Counted from the first letter of the stretch, positions 1 to 10,786 are shown. The stretch: 64,000 bases of DNA from Alphaproteobacteria bacterium (GCA_965214705.1 CBDCCI010000002.1:2400001-2464000), one strand, 5' to 3'. Program-made: numbers and translations. The notes: a model not told the origin generated them from the sequence alone.

Positions 1-157
1 GCTCGGCACCGTCGACGACACCGACCTTGAGTTCGAGGCCCAGGCGATCCTGCTCCACGGCGACGGCCCCAACGCGACCGAGGTAGTCAGCGCCGTGCGG
101 ACCACGCTCGAGCGCATGCAGGTCGCCGTCCAGCCCGCCAGCACGCTGGTGCATTAG
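1..157 (+). CDS. 3' end of LamB/YcsF (5-oxoprolinase subunit PxpA) family protein, truncated by the window edge
   Basis: Frame 2 reads LGTVDDTDLEFEAQAILLHGDGPNATEVVSAVRTTLE..VH*. The HGD motif followed by an amphipathic helix is typical of the LamB/YcsF C-terminus. Stop TAG at 155-157. Confidence 0.7.
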   Translation, partial: LGTVDDTDLEFEAQAILLHGDGPNATEVVSAVRTTLERMQVAVQPASTLVH

Positions 158-306
158 GGAACCTCTGATTTATCAGGGGTTCCCGTGGCACAGGGATGTG
201 CCACCATTTTCGGTGGCTGTAAGTCACTGAAAATGTGAGCAAAGTGGAAAGCGCGCTTCCGCCTTGCGCGTCTGAGAAATGCAGGAGGCACTTATTCAGA
301 CCTTCC
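158..306. mobile_element. ~149-bp non-autonomous IS5-like MITE
   Basis: Imperfect terminal IRs GGAACCTCTGATTTA / TTATTCAGACCTTCC, flanked by TTAG direct repeats at 154-157 and 307-310. No transposase inside. Confidence 0.65.
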
Positions 307-425
307 TTAGCTCTTTAATCGCTCACGGCAGCCGGCCGTCGCGCGATCTCGCGCGCCTACGGGCGCGACGGCCGGCGCCTCCGCGAGGGCGCCGCTGGCG
401 CGGCGGGCCGCGGTCGCGGCCTATC

Positions 426-450
426 GCGAGTCCGTCGAAGACGGACTCGC
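426..450. repeat. Perfect palindromic stem-loop
   Basis: GCGAGTCCGTC-GAA-GACGGACTCGC, an 11-bp stem, in the convergent intergenic region. Confidence 0.6.
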
Positions 451-465
451 TCTCCGTCGTCGGAA

Positions 466-503
466 ACAAAAACCCCGGCGCCCGCAGTCCTGAGCGCCGG
501 GGT
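466..503 (-). terminator. Rho-independent terminator downstream of amiE
   Basis: Minus strand: CCCCGGCGC...GCGCCGGGG stem followed by TTTTTG, about 40 nt after the amiE stop. Confidence 0.7.
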
Positions 504-541
504 CCGAAAAAGCTTCAGAGAGCCTGAAGCGGGGTCGCCCC

Positions 542-1582
542 CTACTCGGCCGCCATCTTCTGCGGCTCGGGGATGCCGTCGATGGGGCAGCCCGTGACGC
601 CGATGGAGTCGCGGGTGATGGATTCGACCATCTGCTGCGCCCGGCGCGGGTCCTGCACCCAGGTGCGGTAGAAGTCGAACGGGCACTCGGCCACGCCCTT
701 GTCGCCGTCGCCCGAGGCATAAACGCCCGTGTAGCCCCGGTGCATCAGCTTGAAGAGGTGGTTCTGCGCCTGATCGTTGGCACGGGAATCGCGGATCTGC
801 GAGACGGAGAGCTGGGCGTACTGGATGCCGTTCTCCTCCTCGCCGCACTCGCCGAGCGTGCGGCCATCGAAACCGACGATCGCCGAGTGGCCGAAGTAGG
901 TGTAGACGCCGTCGTTGCCGGCGGCGTTGGCGACCGCCACGTAGCAGCAGTTGGACCAGGCCATCGCCTTCGCCATCATGATCTGCTGGTCCTTCGCCGG
1001 GTACATGTAGCCCTGGCAGCGGACGATCAGCTCGGCGCCCTTGACCGCGCAGTCGCGCCAGATCTCGGGATAGTTGCCGTCATCGCAGATGATGAGGCTG
1101 ATCTTCATCCCCTTGGGCCCGGTGCTGACATAGGTGTTGTTGCCGGGATACCAGCCTTCGATCGGGCACCAGGGCAGGATCTTCCGGTACTTCTGGACGA
1201 TCTCACCCTCGTTGTTCATCAGGATGAGGGTGTTGTACGGGTTCTTGTTGGGGTGATCCTCGTGCACCTCGCCGGTGAGCGAGAAGACGCCCCAGGTGTT
1301 CGCCTCGCGGCAGGCCTCGGCGAAGATGTCGGTCTCCGGCCCTGGGATCGAGGACGCCGTGTCGAACATCTCCTGGCGGTCGTACATGATCCCGTGCGTG
1401 CTGTATTCGGGGAAGATCGCGAGATCCATCCCCGGTAGCCCGACCTTCGCGCCGACGATGAGATCGGCGATCTTCTTCGAGTTGTCGATCACCTCCTGGC
1501 GCGTGTGCAGGCGCGGCATCTTGTACTGAAAGACCGCGCAACCCACGGTATCCGGGCTGCTGACGATATCGCCGTGTCTCAT
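542..1582 (-). CDS. amiE: Aliphatic amidase (nitrilase superfamily)
   Basis: N-terminus [22 protein letters not shown]; catalytic E-K-C motifs [27 protein letters not shown]. Confidence 0.95.
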   Translation of the reverse strand: MRHGDIVSSPDTVGCAVFQYKMPRLHTRQEVIDNSKKIADLIVGAKVGLPGMDLAIFPEYSTHGIMYDRQEMFDTASSIPGPETDIFAEACREANTWGVFSLTGEVHEDHPNKNPYNTLILMNNEGEIVQKYRKILPWCPIEGWYPGNNTYVSTGPKGMKISLIICDDGNYPEIWRDCAVKGAELIVRCQGYMYPAKDQQIMMAKAMAWSNCCYVAVANAAGNDGVYTYFGHSAIVGFDGRTLGECGEEENGIQYAQLSVSQIRDSRANDQAQNHLFKLMHRGYTGVYASGDGDKGVAECPFDFYRTWVQDPRRAQQMVESITRDSIGVTGCPIDGIPEPQKMAAE

Positions 1583-1703
1583 GGCTTGGCCTCCCTAGCC
1601 GTCCGTATCCTGCGCGTGTTTATACCGCGCCCCAGACCGGAAACCAAACACAGGCTAAGCTTGCCGCGGCTGCAATCGAGAGACGGCGGCGCCCGGATCG
1701 TCG

Positions 1704-2399
1704 CTAAACGGTCATGTGCTTGCGCACGATGTCGTCGGTCAACGCGTCGATCGCGCCGCTCGCCGCGATCTCGCCTCTCTCGATAATGCAGAAGTGCTGG
1801 GACGCCGCCCTCGCAAATTTTACGTTTTGCTCGACCAGCACGATCGTCAGGCCGACCTCTTTGTTGAGCCGCTGAATCGTGTCCTCGATCTGCTCCACGA
1901 TGTTGGGCTGAATACCCTCCGTGGGCTCATCGAGCAGCAGGATGCGCGGCTCGGACGCCAGCGCCCGCGCGATCGCCAGCTGCTGCTGCTGGCCGCCCGA
2001 CAACAGTCCGGCTCTGCGGCCGAGGTTATCGCGCAAGTAGGGAAACAAGTCCCTGACCAGGTCGGGCACCAAACGCCTGCGGTCGGTCCGCCCGTAACAT
2101 CCCATCAGAATATTGTCGCGAATCGAAAAATCTGGAATCAGCTCCCGTCCCTGGGGCACGTAACCGATCCCGGCGCGGGCGCGAAGATAGGTCGGCCTGC
2201 CGGTGATATCCTTGCCGTCCAACGTGATCGTGCCGAGCGTGCGAACCTCCAGCCCCAGAATGCTCTTGAGGAGCGTTGTCTTGCCGACACCGTTCCGCCC
2301 CAAAATACTAACGATTTCGCCGCTCTGAACTGACAAATCTATATCGCGCAAGACGTGGCTCGCACCGTAGTAGACATCCACTTGTGAGAGTTCAAGCAT
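1704..2399 (-). CDS. urtE: Urea/amide ABC transporter ATPase (UrtE/LivF-like)
   Basis: Walker A GRNGVGKT, LSGGQQQ, LLLDEPTEGIQP. Confidence 0.85.
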   Translation of the reverse strand: MLELSQVDVYYGASHVLRDIDLSVQSGEIVSILGRNGVGKTTLLKSILGLEVRTLGTITLDGKDITGRPTYLRARAGIGYVPQGRELIPDFSIRDNILMGCYGRTDRRRLVPDLVRDLFPYLRDNLGRRAGLLSGGQQQQLAIARALASEPRILLLDEPTEGIQPNIVEQIEDTIQRLNKEVGLTIVLVEQNVKFARAASQHFCIIERGEIAASGAIDALTDDIVRKHMTV

Positions 2400-3147
2400 G
2401 GGTGATGCCGCCGCTTCCTAGATAGGCATCGATCACCGCCTGGTCATTTTCGATTTGCTCGACCGTCCCTTCTGCGAGCTTCTTTCCCAAATGCATGACG
2501 GTAATGACCTCGCAAATGGAACGCACGAACGTCATGTCATGCTCGACGACGATGATGGAGTGTTCGCTCTTGAGGCCGTTGATGATCTCAGAGGTCTTCT
2601 CGGTTTCGAGGGCCGTCATGCCCGCCGTGGGTTCGTCCAGCAGCACGAGTTTGGGCGATTGCACCAATACCATGCCAAGCTCGAGCCATTGGGTCTGCCC
2701 GTGCGACAGGCTGCCGGCGAGTGTGGCGCTCTCATCTGCGAGGCTGGTGAGCTCCATCGCACGCTCGATCTGGCTGTTGCGCTGGCGCGGCTTCGCGCTC
2801 ACCGAGAGGTTCCGCCATACTGACAGGCTGCGGGTATGGGCCACCTCGAAGTTTTCGCGCACCGTCAGGTCCTTGAAGACGCTCGGCACCTGAAATTTTC
2901 GTCCGATCCCTCGGCGCGCAATCTTGTGCTCCTGCCAGTTTGTAATGTTGTCTCCCGCAAATGACACCTTGCCGGCGGTCGACTTGGTGCGACCCGTGAT
3001 GAGATCCATGAGCGTCGTCTTGCCCGCGCCGTTGGCCCCGATCAGGACTCGCAGCTCTCCTTCCTCGACGGCCATATCGAACCCATCCACGGCGCGAAAG
3101 CCGCGGAAGTTCACCTCAAGGTTCTCGATCTCCAGAATTGTCGGCAT
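2392..3147 (-). CDS. urtD: Urea/amide ABC transporter ATPase (UrtD/LivG-like)
   Basis: GANGAGKT, IGRKFQ, LSHGQTQWLE, LDEPTAGM, VEHDM. Confidence 0.85.
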   Translation of the reverse strand: MPTILEIENLEVNFRGFRAVDGFDMAVEEGELRVLIGANGAGKTTLMDLITGRTKSTAGKVSFAGDNITNWQEHKIARRGIGRKFQVPSVFKDLTVRENFEVAHTRSLSVWRNLSVSAKPRQRNSQIERAMELTSLADESATLAGSLSHGQTQWLELGMVLVQSPKLVLLDEPTAGMTALETEKTSEIINGLKSEHSIIVVEHDMTFVRSICEVITVMHLGKKLAEGTVEQIENDQAVIDAYLGSGGITHA

Positions 3148-3214
3148 TACGTACCGTTTCCCTCTCCGATCTCCGAACCTTCAAGCACCGGCCTCATTCT
3201 TTCGGGCCATCGCC

Positions 3215-4351
3215 TCACCGGGCCCGTCGTTCCTTGGCCGCCTTGTGGAGCCGTTCCAGCGCCAAATCCGCGGCTCCCTGGAAGAAGCCCGCGAGCCCGC
3301 GCGGCATCACCAGAACGACGAACAGGAAGATCGCGCCGATGATGAGCTGCCAGGCCTCCACCAGCATTTCCGTTTCGCTGACCGTGGCTTCGACCACGTT
3401 CAACATGATCGCGCCGAGGCAAGCACCCAACAGCGACCAGCGGCCGCCGACGGCCGCCCACACCACCATCGAAATACTGAAGCCGATATTCATGTAGGTG
3501 GGCGAGGCAAACTCGGCTGCGATCACATAGAGCATGCCTGCCAACCCGGCGATGGCTGCGGAGACGCAGAAGAAGAACACTTTGTAAATGGCAACGTCGT
3601 AACCCAGGTAGCGCACGCGCTCTTCGTTGTCGCGAATGGCCTGCAGGATCACGCCCACCTTGGTGTTGACCAGCCAACGTGCGCCGATCAGCACCAGGCA
3701 GGTGATGATCGCGATGAGATAGTAGGTCTCCACCAAGTAAGGATCGAACTCCAGGCCGCCGACCGTGAACCAGCCGAGATCGGTCAGTCCGTTGAAGCCG
3801 TTGATGAGCGGCTGCGCGTCGATCACCAGGAGCCGGACCAGCAGGCACAAGGCGAGCGTCAGAATTGCGACGTAGACACCGGCGATGCGCGCGCGGAACA
3901 TCGCGTAACCCAAGACGAGCGCGATGAGCGTCGGCATGACCAGCCCCATGGCCACGCCGAACCACTGTTCCTTGAAGGGAATCCAGAGGAACGACCCCTG
4001 GTTGATGCAGCAGAGGTCGATGGGCGCGCCCGGCTCCGACGTCCACAGCATGAAATCGGGAACCGGTTCGTCGGCGGACCCCTGTTGCAGGCTTGTCGGG
4101 CTCGCGAGCTTCAGCGACATCGCCAGCATGTAGGCGCCGAAGCCGAAGAAGAGGCCCTGGCCCAGATTGAGGATTCCGGCGTAGCCCCAGGACATGCTGA
4201 TGGCGATGCCGAGCATGCCGAACACCAGATACTTGGAAATCCGGTTTAGCCAGAAAACGTCCATGACGAGCGGGAGAAGCATGACGACGACGATGAACAA
4301 CCCGTAAGCGGCGAGCTGCAGATTGGTCCGGGTCAAGAGCTGCATCGTCAA
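3215..4351 (-). CDS. urtC: Urea/amide ABC transporter permease (UrtC-like); the 3' end may be frameshifted
   Basis: WGYAGILNLGQGLFFG and VPDFM motifs, multiple TM segments. An alternative frame ends in a TAA overlapping the urtD ATG. Confidence 0.85.
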   Translation of the reverse strand: MTMQLLTRTNLQLAAYGLFIVVVMLLPLVMDVFWLNRISKYLVFGMLGIAISMSWGYAGILNLGQGLFFGFGAYMLAMSLKLASPTSLQQGSADEPVPDFMLWTSEPGAPIDLCCINQGSFLWIPFKEQWFGVAMGLVMPTLIALVLGYAMFRARIAGVYVAILTLALCLLVRLLVIDAQPLINGFNGLTDLGWFTVGGLEFDPYLVETYYLIAIITCLVLIGARWLVNTKVGVILQAIRDNEERVRYLGYDVAIYKVFFFCVSAAIAGLAGMLYVIAAEFASPTYMNIGFSISMVVWAAVGGRWSLLGACLGAIMLNVVEATVSETEMLVEAWQLIIGAIFLFVVLVMPRGLAGFFQGAADLALERLHKAAKERRAR

Positions 4352-5241
4352 CGTCCTCGGCGGGAGAACAGGCCTTGGGGCCGCAGGATGATGACGACGA
4401 TGATGACGCCAAACACGATCGCCCTGGCGAGGACGTCATTCAGCAGGCTCGCGACCCAGCCCTGGACCTCGCCCAGGATCACGGCCGAGCCGAGCGTGCC
4501 GAAGAGGCTGCCCACACCACCCATGACCACGACGAGGAAACCGTCGATCACGAACGGCGTTCCCATGCTGGGCGAGACGGTCTTGAAGCCGGCCAGCATC
4601 ACCCCGGCGGCGCCGGCCAGCGCGGAGCCATAGGCAAAGGTCCACGCGTTGATCTTCTTGTCGTCGATGCCGCAGCAGGACGCGATGCCGCGATTGCGCG
4701 AGACCGCGCGGAGCTGCATGCCGAAGGAGGTATGGAAGATCAGCCACCAAGTCAGGATGAACAGCCCGATGGTGAGCACGATGATGAAGGTGCGGTAGGG
4801 CTGCACCACGAAGTCGCCGACCAGGAAAGTCTCGCGGAAGAACGAGGGGATCGGGACGTTCTGCAGGCCGGGGCCGAGCCCGTCGATGTGCAGGCCCGCG
4901 AACGCGGCGCCGAACTCGAGGCGGATGGCCTGCTGAATGATGATCGCAAGCCCCCACGTCGCGAGCAGCGTATCCAGCAGGCGGCCGTACAATCGTCGCA
5001 CGATGAAGCGCTCGATGGCGTAGCCGAACGCACCGGTGACGACGAAGGCGACGGGAATGGTGGCGAGAAAGTGCAGTCCGAAATGGGTCTGGCAGAGAAC
5101 GGTGACGTAGGCGCCGATCATGACGAGCTCGCCATGCGCCATGTTGATGACACCCATGGTGCCGTAGGTGATGGCGAGCCCGAGAGCGACCAACAGCAAA
5201 ATGGACGAAAGACTCAGCCCAATGAAAATTACGTCGGCCAT
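4348..5241 (-). CDS. urtB: Urea/amide ABC transporter permease (UrtB-like)
   Basis: LGLAITYGTMGVINMAHGE, LLATWG, RPQGLF. Confidence 0.85.
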   Translation of the reverse strand: MADVIFIGLSLSSILLLVALGLAITYGTMGVINMAHGELVMIGAYVTVLCQTHFGLHFLATIPVAFVVTGAFGYAIERFIVRRLYGRLLDTLLATWGLAIIIQQAIRLEFGAAFAGLHIDGLGPGLQNVPIPSFFRETFLVGDFVVQPYRTFIIVLTIGLFILTWWLIFHTSFGMQLRAVSRNRGIASCCGIDDKKINAWTFAYGSALAGAAGVMLAGFKTVSPSMGTPFVIDGFLVVVMGGVGSLFGTLGSAVILGEVQGWVASLLNDVLARAIVFGVIIVVIILRPQGLFSRRGR

Positions 5242-5329
5242 ACTATGTGAGCCGTTTCGGTTCCGACGATGCGTGACTCCAGGCTGACGGGGGCCGGCGT
5301 CGAGACGCCAGCCCCCGCACCGTCAACGG

Positions 5330-6604
5330 TTAGGTCTTGAGCTTGCTGGAATCCAGGCCAGCCTGCGTGCAGAAGAGATTGTCGGGCGCTTCGCCGTATG
5401 CCGAATAGGGAAGCGGCATCAGCGGCTCCGCGTATTCGTCGACAATCTCGGCCTGCCCGTCCGGGCCCCACACGCCGATGCGCGGCGTCAGCCAGCAATG
5501 CAGGTTCTCGGGCTCGATTCTCACGCGCCCTTCCGGCGCATCGACCTCTTGTCCCTTGGACGCTTCGCGTACCGAAAGAGGATCGACCTCGCCAGCCTTC
5601 TCCACCGATTGCGCCCACAGGAATACTTGGAAATAGGCGCATTCCATGGCGTGATAGGTGACGGTATCGGCACCCATCGTGCTCTTCACGTCTTCCACGA
5701 ACTTCTCGTTCGCCGGATTGCTCACAGACTGAAAATAGGGGAAGGACGTGACACTGCCCGCGGCATAATCGGCACCCATCGCCTGCACTTCGATTTCCGA
5801 GCATACGGTGGCAAAGATGGGGAACCTGTCGTAGCTCAGGCCCTGGTTGATGAACTCACGGCGGAAGGCGACAATCGAGTCGCCGACCACGTTGGAATAA
5901 ACGCAGTCGCACTCGCCGGCTTCCCACATGGTCTTCATCTTGTTGACCATCGAACCCCATTCTGTGTGACCGAGTTCCAGGTACTCGTCAGCCACCCAGG
6001 AGCCGCCTTCTCTCTCCACCAGGATCTTGCAAACCTTGGCCATCTCACGCGGGTAGATGTAGTTCGATCCGACAATGAAGAACTTGTTGTAGCCCTGATT
6101 GGTGATCCAGGGGACGAAGTTCTCCTGCTGCTGGTTGGGAACGGCGCCCGTGTATATGACGTTCTTCGAGCACTCGAACCCTTCGTAGAACGTGGGATAC
6201 CAGTACAGATTCTTGCGCTTCTCGAACACCGGCAACGCTGCCTTGCGGCTCGCCGACGTGTAGGAGCCGAAGACGGACGGCACCCGGTCCCGCACGACGA
6301 GCTTGTTGGCTTTCTCGTTGAACGTGCGCGGGTCGGAGGCCGGGTCTTCGATGATCGGCACCACCTTCTTGCCGAGAACGCCACCGTTGGCATTGATCTG
6401 GTCGATGGCCATCTCGGTAACTTTACTCAACTGCTTTTCGACGATCGCCGTCGTACCTGTCAGCGAATAAAGAACGCCGACCTCGATCTCGTCATCGTCG
6501 GCCCAGGCAAACTGATAGTCCTTTACCCAGACATGCGGGAACGTCGTCAGCCCAGCCGCACCGAGCGCGATACCGGATTTCTTCAAGAAGTCTCGACGTT
6601 TCAT
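5330..6604 (-). CDS. urtA: Urea/short-chain amide ABC substrate-binding protein (UrtA/AmiC-like) with Tat signal
   Basis: Twin-arginine MKRRDFLKK; GSYTSASRK, YPTFYEGFE, GAVPNQQ motifs. Confidence 0.85.
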   Translation of the reverse strand: MKRRDFLKKSGIALGAAGLTTFPHVWVKDYQFAWADDDEIEVGVLYSLTGTTAIVEKQLSKVTEMAIDQINANGGVLGKKVVPIIEDPASDPRTFNEKANKLVVRDRVPSVFGSYTSASRKAALPVFEKRKNLYWYPTFYEGFECSKNVIYTGAVPNQQQENFVPWITNQGYNKFFIVGSNYIYPREMAKVCKILVEREGGSWVADEYLELGHTEWGSMVNKMKTMWEAGECDCVYSNVVGDSIVAFRREFINQGLSYDRFPIFATVCSEIEVQAMGADYAAGSVTSFPYFQSVSNPANEKFVEDVKSTMGADTVTYHAMECAYFQVFLWAQSVEKAGEVDPLSVREASKGQEVDAPEGRVRIEPENLHCWLTPRIGVWGPDGQAEIVDEYAEPLMPLPYSAYGEAPDNLFCTQAGLDSSKLKT

Positions 6605-7132
6605 AGCTCCCTCCTCCCTGTGATTTGTGCACGCACAAAGGGCAGTCTACGGTCGTCATTTGTACGATTGATGGCCGGAATCTGGCCGGCCTTCAGCACC
6701 GCCAAAAAAGTCAGGTGGACAAGCAAGGTCGAACGAAATGGACCCACCTACTTCTCCCTGACGGTGCTCATAGACTTGCCCGTTTCGCCCCGGCCCCAAT
6801 CGGAGAACGGGGTGTCTCGCGGCATCCAGCCTAGACACGTCGCAAGTATCGTATGGGCGCCCCTACCCACCGTCAAGCAGCGGCGGTCCCGGCGCGGCCC
6901 AGGCGATCGATCATGTGTCAGGGGTAAAAGGGGCACTCCCTCTGGTTATCGGCCAGCCACGAACAGGAGCACCCCGATGCCACGGCGCTCTTCGACGATT
7001 GAGAGCCCACCGATGGCCTTTGCCCTGGTGAAGGAAATGCAAGCCGACCAACGAGACGCTGGACCCCCCGGCACGAACGCGCCCATACTTCGAGGCAACG
7101 AATAAATTTCACGACAGGGAATGGAGGGAACG

Positions 7133-8499
7133 ATGGATCTGATTCTGGCGAACGGCAAAATCGTGACCGCCCACGAAAGCTACGACGCCGATATCGGCAT
7201 CGAGAACGGCGTCATCAAGCAGATCGGCCACGGCCTCGGCCCGGCCGGCCGCACGATCGATTGCAGCGGCAAGATCCTGTTCCCCGGCGGAGTCGACGTG
7301 CACACCCACGTCGAGTTCGAGCTGATGGGGCAGGAGACCGCCGACGACTTCCACTCGTCCACGGTGGCCGCTGCCTGCGGCGGGATCACGACGATCTGCG
7401 ACTACGCCTTCCCGGAGCCCGGCCAGTCGCTGCAGGACTGCCTGGTCCGCTGGAACCAGCGCGGCGAGAAGTCGGTTATCGACTACGGCCTGCACCCGAC
7501 CATCTTCCAGCCCGGCGAGCACACGCTCTCCGAGATGCGGGACTGCGTGGCCGACGGCTACACCAGCTTCAAGATCTTCATGATCGGCTTCGCCGAGTTC
7601 GACAAGTATGCGGCCGAGTACCTGCGCTGCATGGAGGAGGCCGGCAAGCTCGGCGCGATGGTCAACATCCACTGCGAAGACCAGTGCTGCATCTCCTACA
7701 TGACCCAGAAGCTCGAGGAGGAGAACAACTCCAACGTCCGCACGTTCCCCGATTCCAGGCCGCGCATCTCGGAGGGGCTCGCCGCCCGCCGCGCGCTCTG
7801 GATGGCCCACGTGGCCGACGTGCCCGCCTACCTCGTCCACCTCTCCTGTCAGGAGGGGCTGGATGCGCTCAACGACGCGCGCGGCCGCGGCCAGACCTGC
7901 TACGGCGAGACCCGGCCGATCTACCTCCACCTCTCCCGCGAGCGCTTCAACGAGGAGGTAGACCCCGAGCGCTACGTCGGCTGGCCGCCGCTGCGCGAGA
8001 GGCCGACCAGATGGAGGTGATGTGGCAGGCGCTGGACAGTAACGTGCTCCAGACCGTCGCCACCGACCACGTCGGCTGGAACATGAAGCAGAAGAAGGCG
8101 AGCGTGACCGTGGACGAGCTGCTGCCCGGCATGTCGAACCTGGAGACGGTGCTGCCCATGCTCTATTCCGAGGGCGTGCGCGAGGGTCGGCTCTCGCCCC
8201 ACCGCTTCGTCGACGTGAGCGCCACCAAGCCGGCCAAGCTCATGGGCATGTATCCGCAGAAGGGCACCATCGCCGTGGGCTCCGACGCCGACGTCATGGT
8301 GTTCGACCCCGACAAGCCCGTCACCATCCGCCAGCGCGACATGCACTCGAAGCAGGACTGGGAGCTGCACGAGGGCTTCGAGGTCACCGGCTGGCCAACC
8401 ATGACCATCTCCCGCGGTGACATCATCGTGGAGAACGGCAAGGTCAACGCGGAGCCCGGCCGCGGCAAGCTGGTCAAGCGGCGCACCTACACCTCCTGA
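7133..8499 (+). CDS. hydA: Dihydropyrimidinase/D-hydantoinase, copy 1, with a frameshift near 8000 (pseudogene or sequencing error)
   Basis: PGGVDVHTH, SFKIFM, HCED, VHLS and ATDH motifs. CTGCGCGAGAGGCCGAC versus CTGCGCGACGCCGAC in copy 2 shows a 2-nt insertion; the C-terminal half continues in ORF 7261..8499. Confidence 0.85.
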
Positions 8500-8576
8500 C
8501 CGGCGGAAGCGCCTGCCCGATCCCGCCCATGCTCTAAGGTGAAGGACAAGAATCAACGACGAGACAGGAGGGGACC

Positions 8577-9941
8577 ATGGATCTGATCCTGGCGAACGGC
8601 GACATCGTGACCGCGCACGAGAGCTATCGCGCCGATATCGGGATCGAGAACGGCGTCATCAAGCAGATCGGCCACGGCCTCGGCCCGGCCGGGCGCACGA
8701 TCGATTGCAGCGGCAAGATCCTGTTCCCCGGCGGCGTCGACGTGCACACCCACGTCGAGTTCGAGTGGATGGGACACGAGACCACCGACGACTTCCACTC
8801 GTCCACGGTGGCCGCTGCCTGCGGCGGGATCACCACGATCTGCGACTACGCGGTCCCCGCGCCCGGCCAGTCGCTGCAGGACTGCCTCGCCACCTGGAAC
8901 AAGCGGGGCGAGAAGTCGGTGGTCGACTACGGCCTGCACCCGACCATCTTCCAGCCCGGCGAGCACACGCTCTCCGAGATGCGGGACTGCGTCGCCGACG
9001 GCTACACCAGCTTCAAGATCTTCATGACCGAGCTGTCCCAGTTCGACCACTACGCGCCCCAGTACCTGCGCTGCATGGAGGAAGCCGGCAAGCTCGGCGC
9101 GATGATCAACATTCACTGCGAGGACCAGTGCTGCATCAGCTACATGACCCAGAAGCTCGCGGAGGAGAACAACTCCAACGTCCGCACCTTCCCCGATTCA
9201 CGGCCGCGCATCTCCGAGGGGATCGCCGCCCAGCGTGCGCTCTGGATGGCCCACGTGGCCGATGTGCCGGCCTACCTCGTCCACCTCTCATGCCAGGAGG
9301 GGCTGGACGCGCTCAACGATGCGCGCGCCCGCGGCCAGACCTGCTACGGCGAGACCCGGCCGATCTACCTCCACCTCTCGCGCGACCGCTTCAACGAGGA
9401 GGTGTTTCCCGAGCAATACGTCGGCTGGCCGCCGCTGCGCGACGCCGACCAGATGGAGGTGCTCTGGCAGGCGCTCGACAGCAACGTGCTCCAGGTGGTC
9501 GCCACCGACCATGTCGGCTGGAGCACGAAGCAGAAGACGGAGGGCAAGACCGTGGACGAGCTGCTGCCCGGCATGTCGAACCTGGAGACGGTGCTGCCCA
9601 TGCTCTACTCCGAGGGCGTGCGCAAGGGCCGGCTCACCGCCAACCGCTTCGTCGAGGTCAGCGCCACCACGCCAGCCAAGCTCTTCGGCCTCTATCCGCA
9701 GAAGGGGACGATCGCGGTGGGCTCGGACGCCGACATCACGGTGTTCGACCCGCAGAAGCCCGTCACCATCCGCCAGCGCGACATGCACTCCAAGCAGGAC
9801 TGGGAGCTGCACGAGGGCTTCGAGGTTACCGGCTGGCCGGCAATGACGATCTCGCGCGGCGACATCATCGTGGAGAACGGCAAGGTGAATGCCGAAGCCG
9901 GACGCGGCAAGCTGGTCAAGCGCCGCACGTTCACCTCGTAG
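8577..9941 (+). CDS. hydA: Dihydropyrimidinase/D-hydantoinase, copy 2 (intact)
   Basis: Cyclic amidohydrolase metal ligands HxH, carboxy-Lys (SFKIF), HCED, HLS, TDH; KGTIAVGSDAD. Confidence 0.88.
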   Translation: MDLILANGDIVTAHESYRADIGIENGVIKQIGHGLGPAGRTIDCSGKILFPGGVDVHTHVEFEWMGHETTDDFHSSTVAAACGGITTICDYAVPAPGQSLQDCLATWNKRGEKSVVDYGLHPTIFQPGEHTLSEMRDCVADGYTSFKIFMTELSQFDHYAPQYLRCMEEAGKLGAMINIHCEDQCCISYMTQKLAEENNSNVRTFPDSRPRISEGIAAQRALWMAHVADVPAYLVHLSCQEGLDALNDARARGQTCYGETRPIYLHLSRDRFNEEVFPEQYVGWPPLRDADQMEVLWQALDSNVLQVVATDHVGWSTKQKTEGKTVDELLPGMSNLETVLPMLYSEGVRKGRLTANRFVEVSATTPAKLFGLYPQKGTIAVGSDADITVFDPQKPVTIRQRDMHSKQDWELHEGFEVTGWPAMTISRGDIIVENGKVNAEAGRGKLVKRRTFTS

Positions 9942-9961
9942 CCGCGAGCGGAGCCGGCCGG

Positions 9962-10786
9962 GTGGCGCAGGCGCTCGGGATCGCTAACCCGCTAGACGAG
10001 GCACGGGCGGAGCCCGGCGCCGCGCTCCGAGTGGACGACCTCTACAAAAGCTTCGGCGACCTGGAGGTGCTCAGGGGCGTCTCGTTGACCGCCCACGAGC
10101 ACGACGTCATCGCCATTCTGGGCGCCAGCGGCTCCGGCAAGAGCACCCTGCTCCGCTGCATCAACCTGCTGGAGGTCCCCGACTCAGGCGAGGTTCACGT
10201 CGGCGGCGAGCTGATCCGCATGAAGCGCGACCGGCGCGGCCGCGCGTTGCCGGCGGACCGGCGCCAGGTGGATCGCATCCGCGCCCGGCTCGGCATGGTG
10301 TTCCAGCAGTTCAACCTGTGGTCTCACCTGACCGTGCTCCAGAACGTCATCGAAGCGCCGGTCCACGTGCTCAAGCTGCCCCGGCGCAAGGCAGTGGACC
10401 GCGCACGGGCGCTGCTCGACAAGGTCGGCCTCGCGGACAAGCACGACTACTTTCCCGCCCACCTCTCCGGCGGGCAGGAGCAGCGCGCGGCGATCGCCCG
10501 CGCGCTCGCGATGGAGCCCGACGTCATGCTTTTCGACGAGCCCACCTCGGCGCTCGACCCCGAACTCGTCGGCGAGGTGCTGAGGGTCATCCGCGATCTC
10601 GCCGAAGAGGGGCGGACCATGCTGATCGTCACCCACGAGGTCGGCTTCGCCCGCGAGGTCTCTTCGCGCACCGTATTTCTGCACGACGGGCAGATCGAGG
10701 AGGAAGGCGTGTCCAAGGCGCTGCTCGACGATCCGCAATCGCCGAGGCTCAGGCAATTCCTTTCGGGCCAGCGCGGCGACGCTTAG
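9962..10786 (+). CDS. Polar amino-acid ABC transporter ATPase (HisP/AotP-like)
   Basis: GASGSGKST, MVFQQFNLW, LSGGQEQR, FDEPTSALDPE. GTG start inferred. Confidence 0.88.
   Translation: MAQALGIANPLDEARAEPGAALRVDDLYKSFGDLEVLRGVSLTAHEHDVIAILGASGSGKSTLLRCINLLEVPDSGEVHVGGELIRMKRDRRGRALPADRRQVDRIRARLGMVFQQFNLWSHLTVLQNVIEAPVHVLKLPRRKAVDRARALLDKVGLADKHDYFPAHLSGGQEQRAAIARALAMEPDVMLFDEPTSALDPELVGEVLRVIRDLAEEGRTMLIVTHEVGFAREVSSRTVFLHDGQIEEEGVSKALLDDPQSPRLRQFLSGQRGDA

Noticed and set aside
6605-7132. ANTAR/AmiR antitermination leader or sigma54 promoter in the divergent intergenic region
   Set aside because: No convincing twin-hairpin motif or -24/-12 consensus could be identified by eye.
8705-10786. 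693-aa ORF as a hydantoinase-ABC fusion
   Set aside because: The N-terminal part is a shadow frame of hydA copy 2; the ATPase begins at ~9962.
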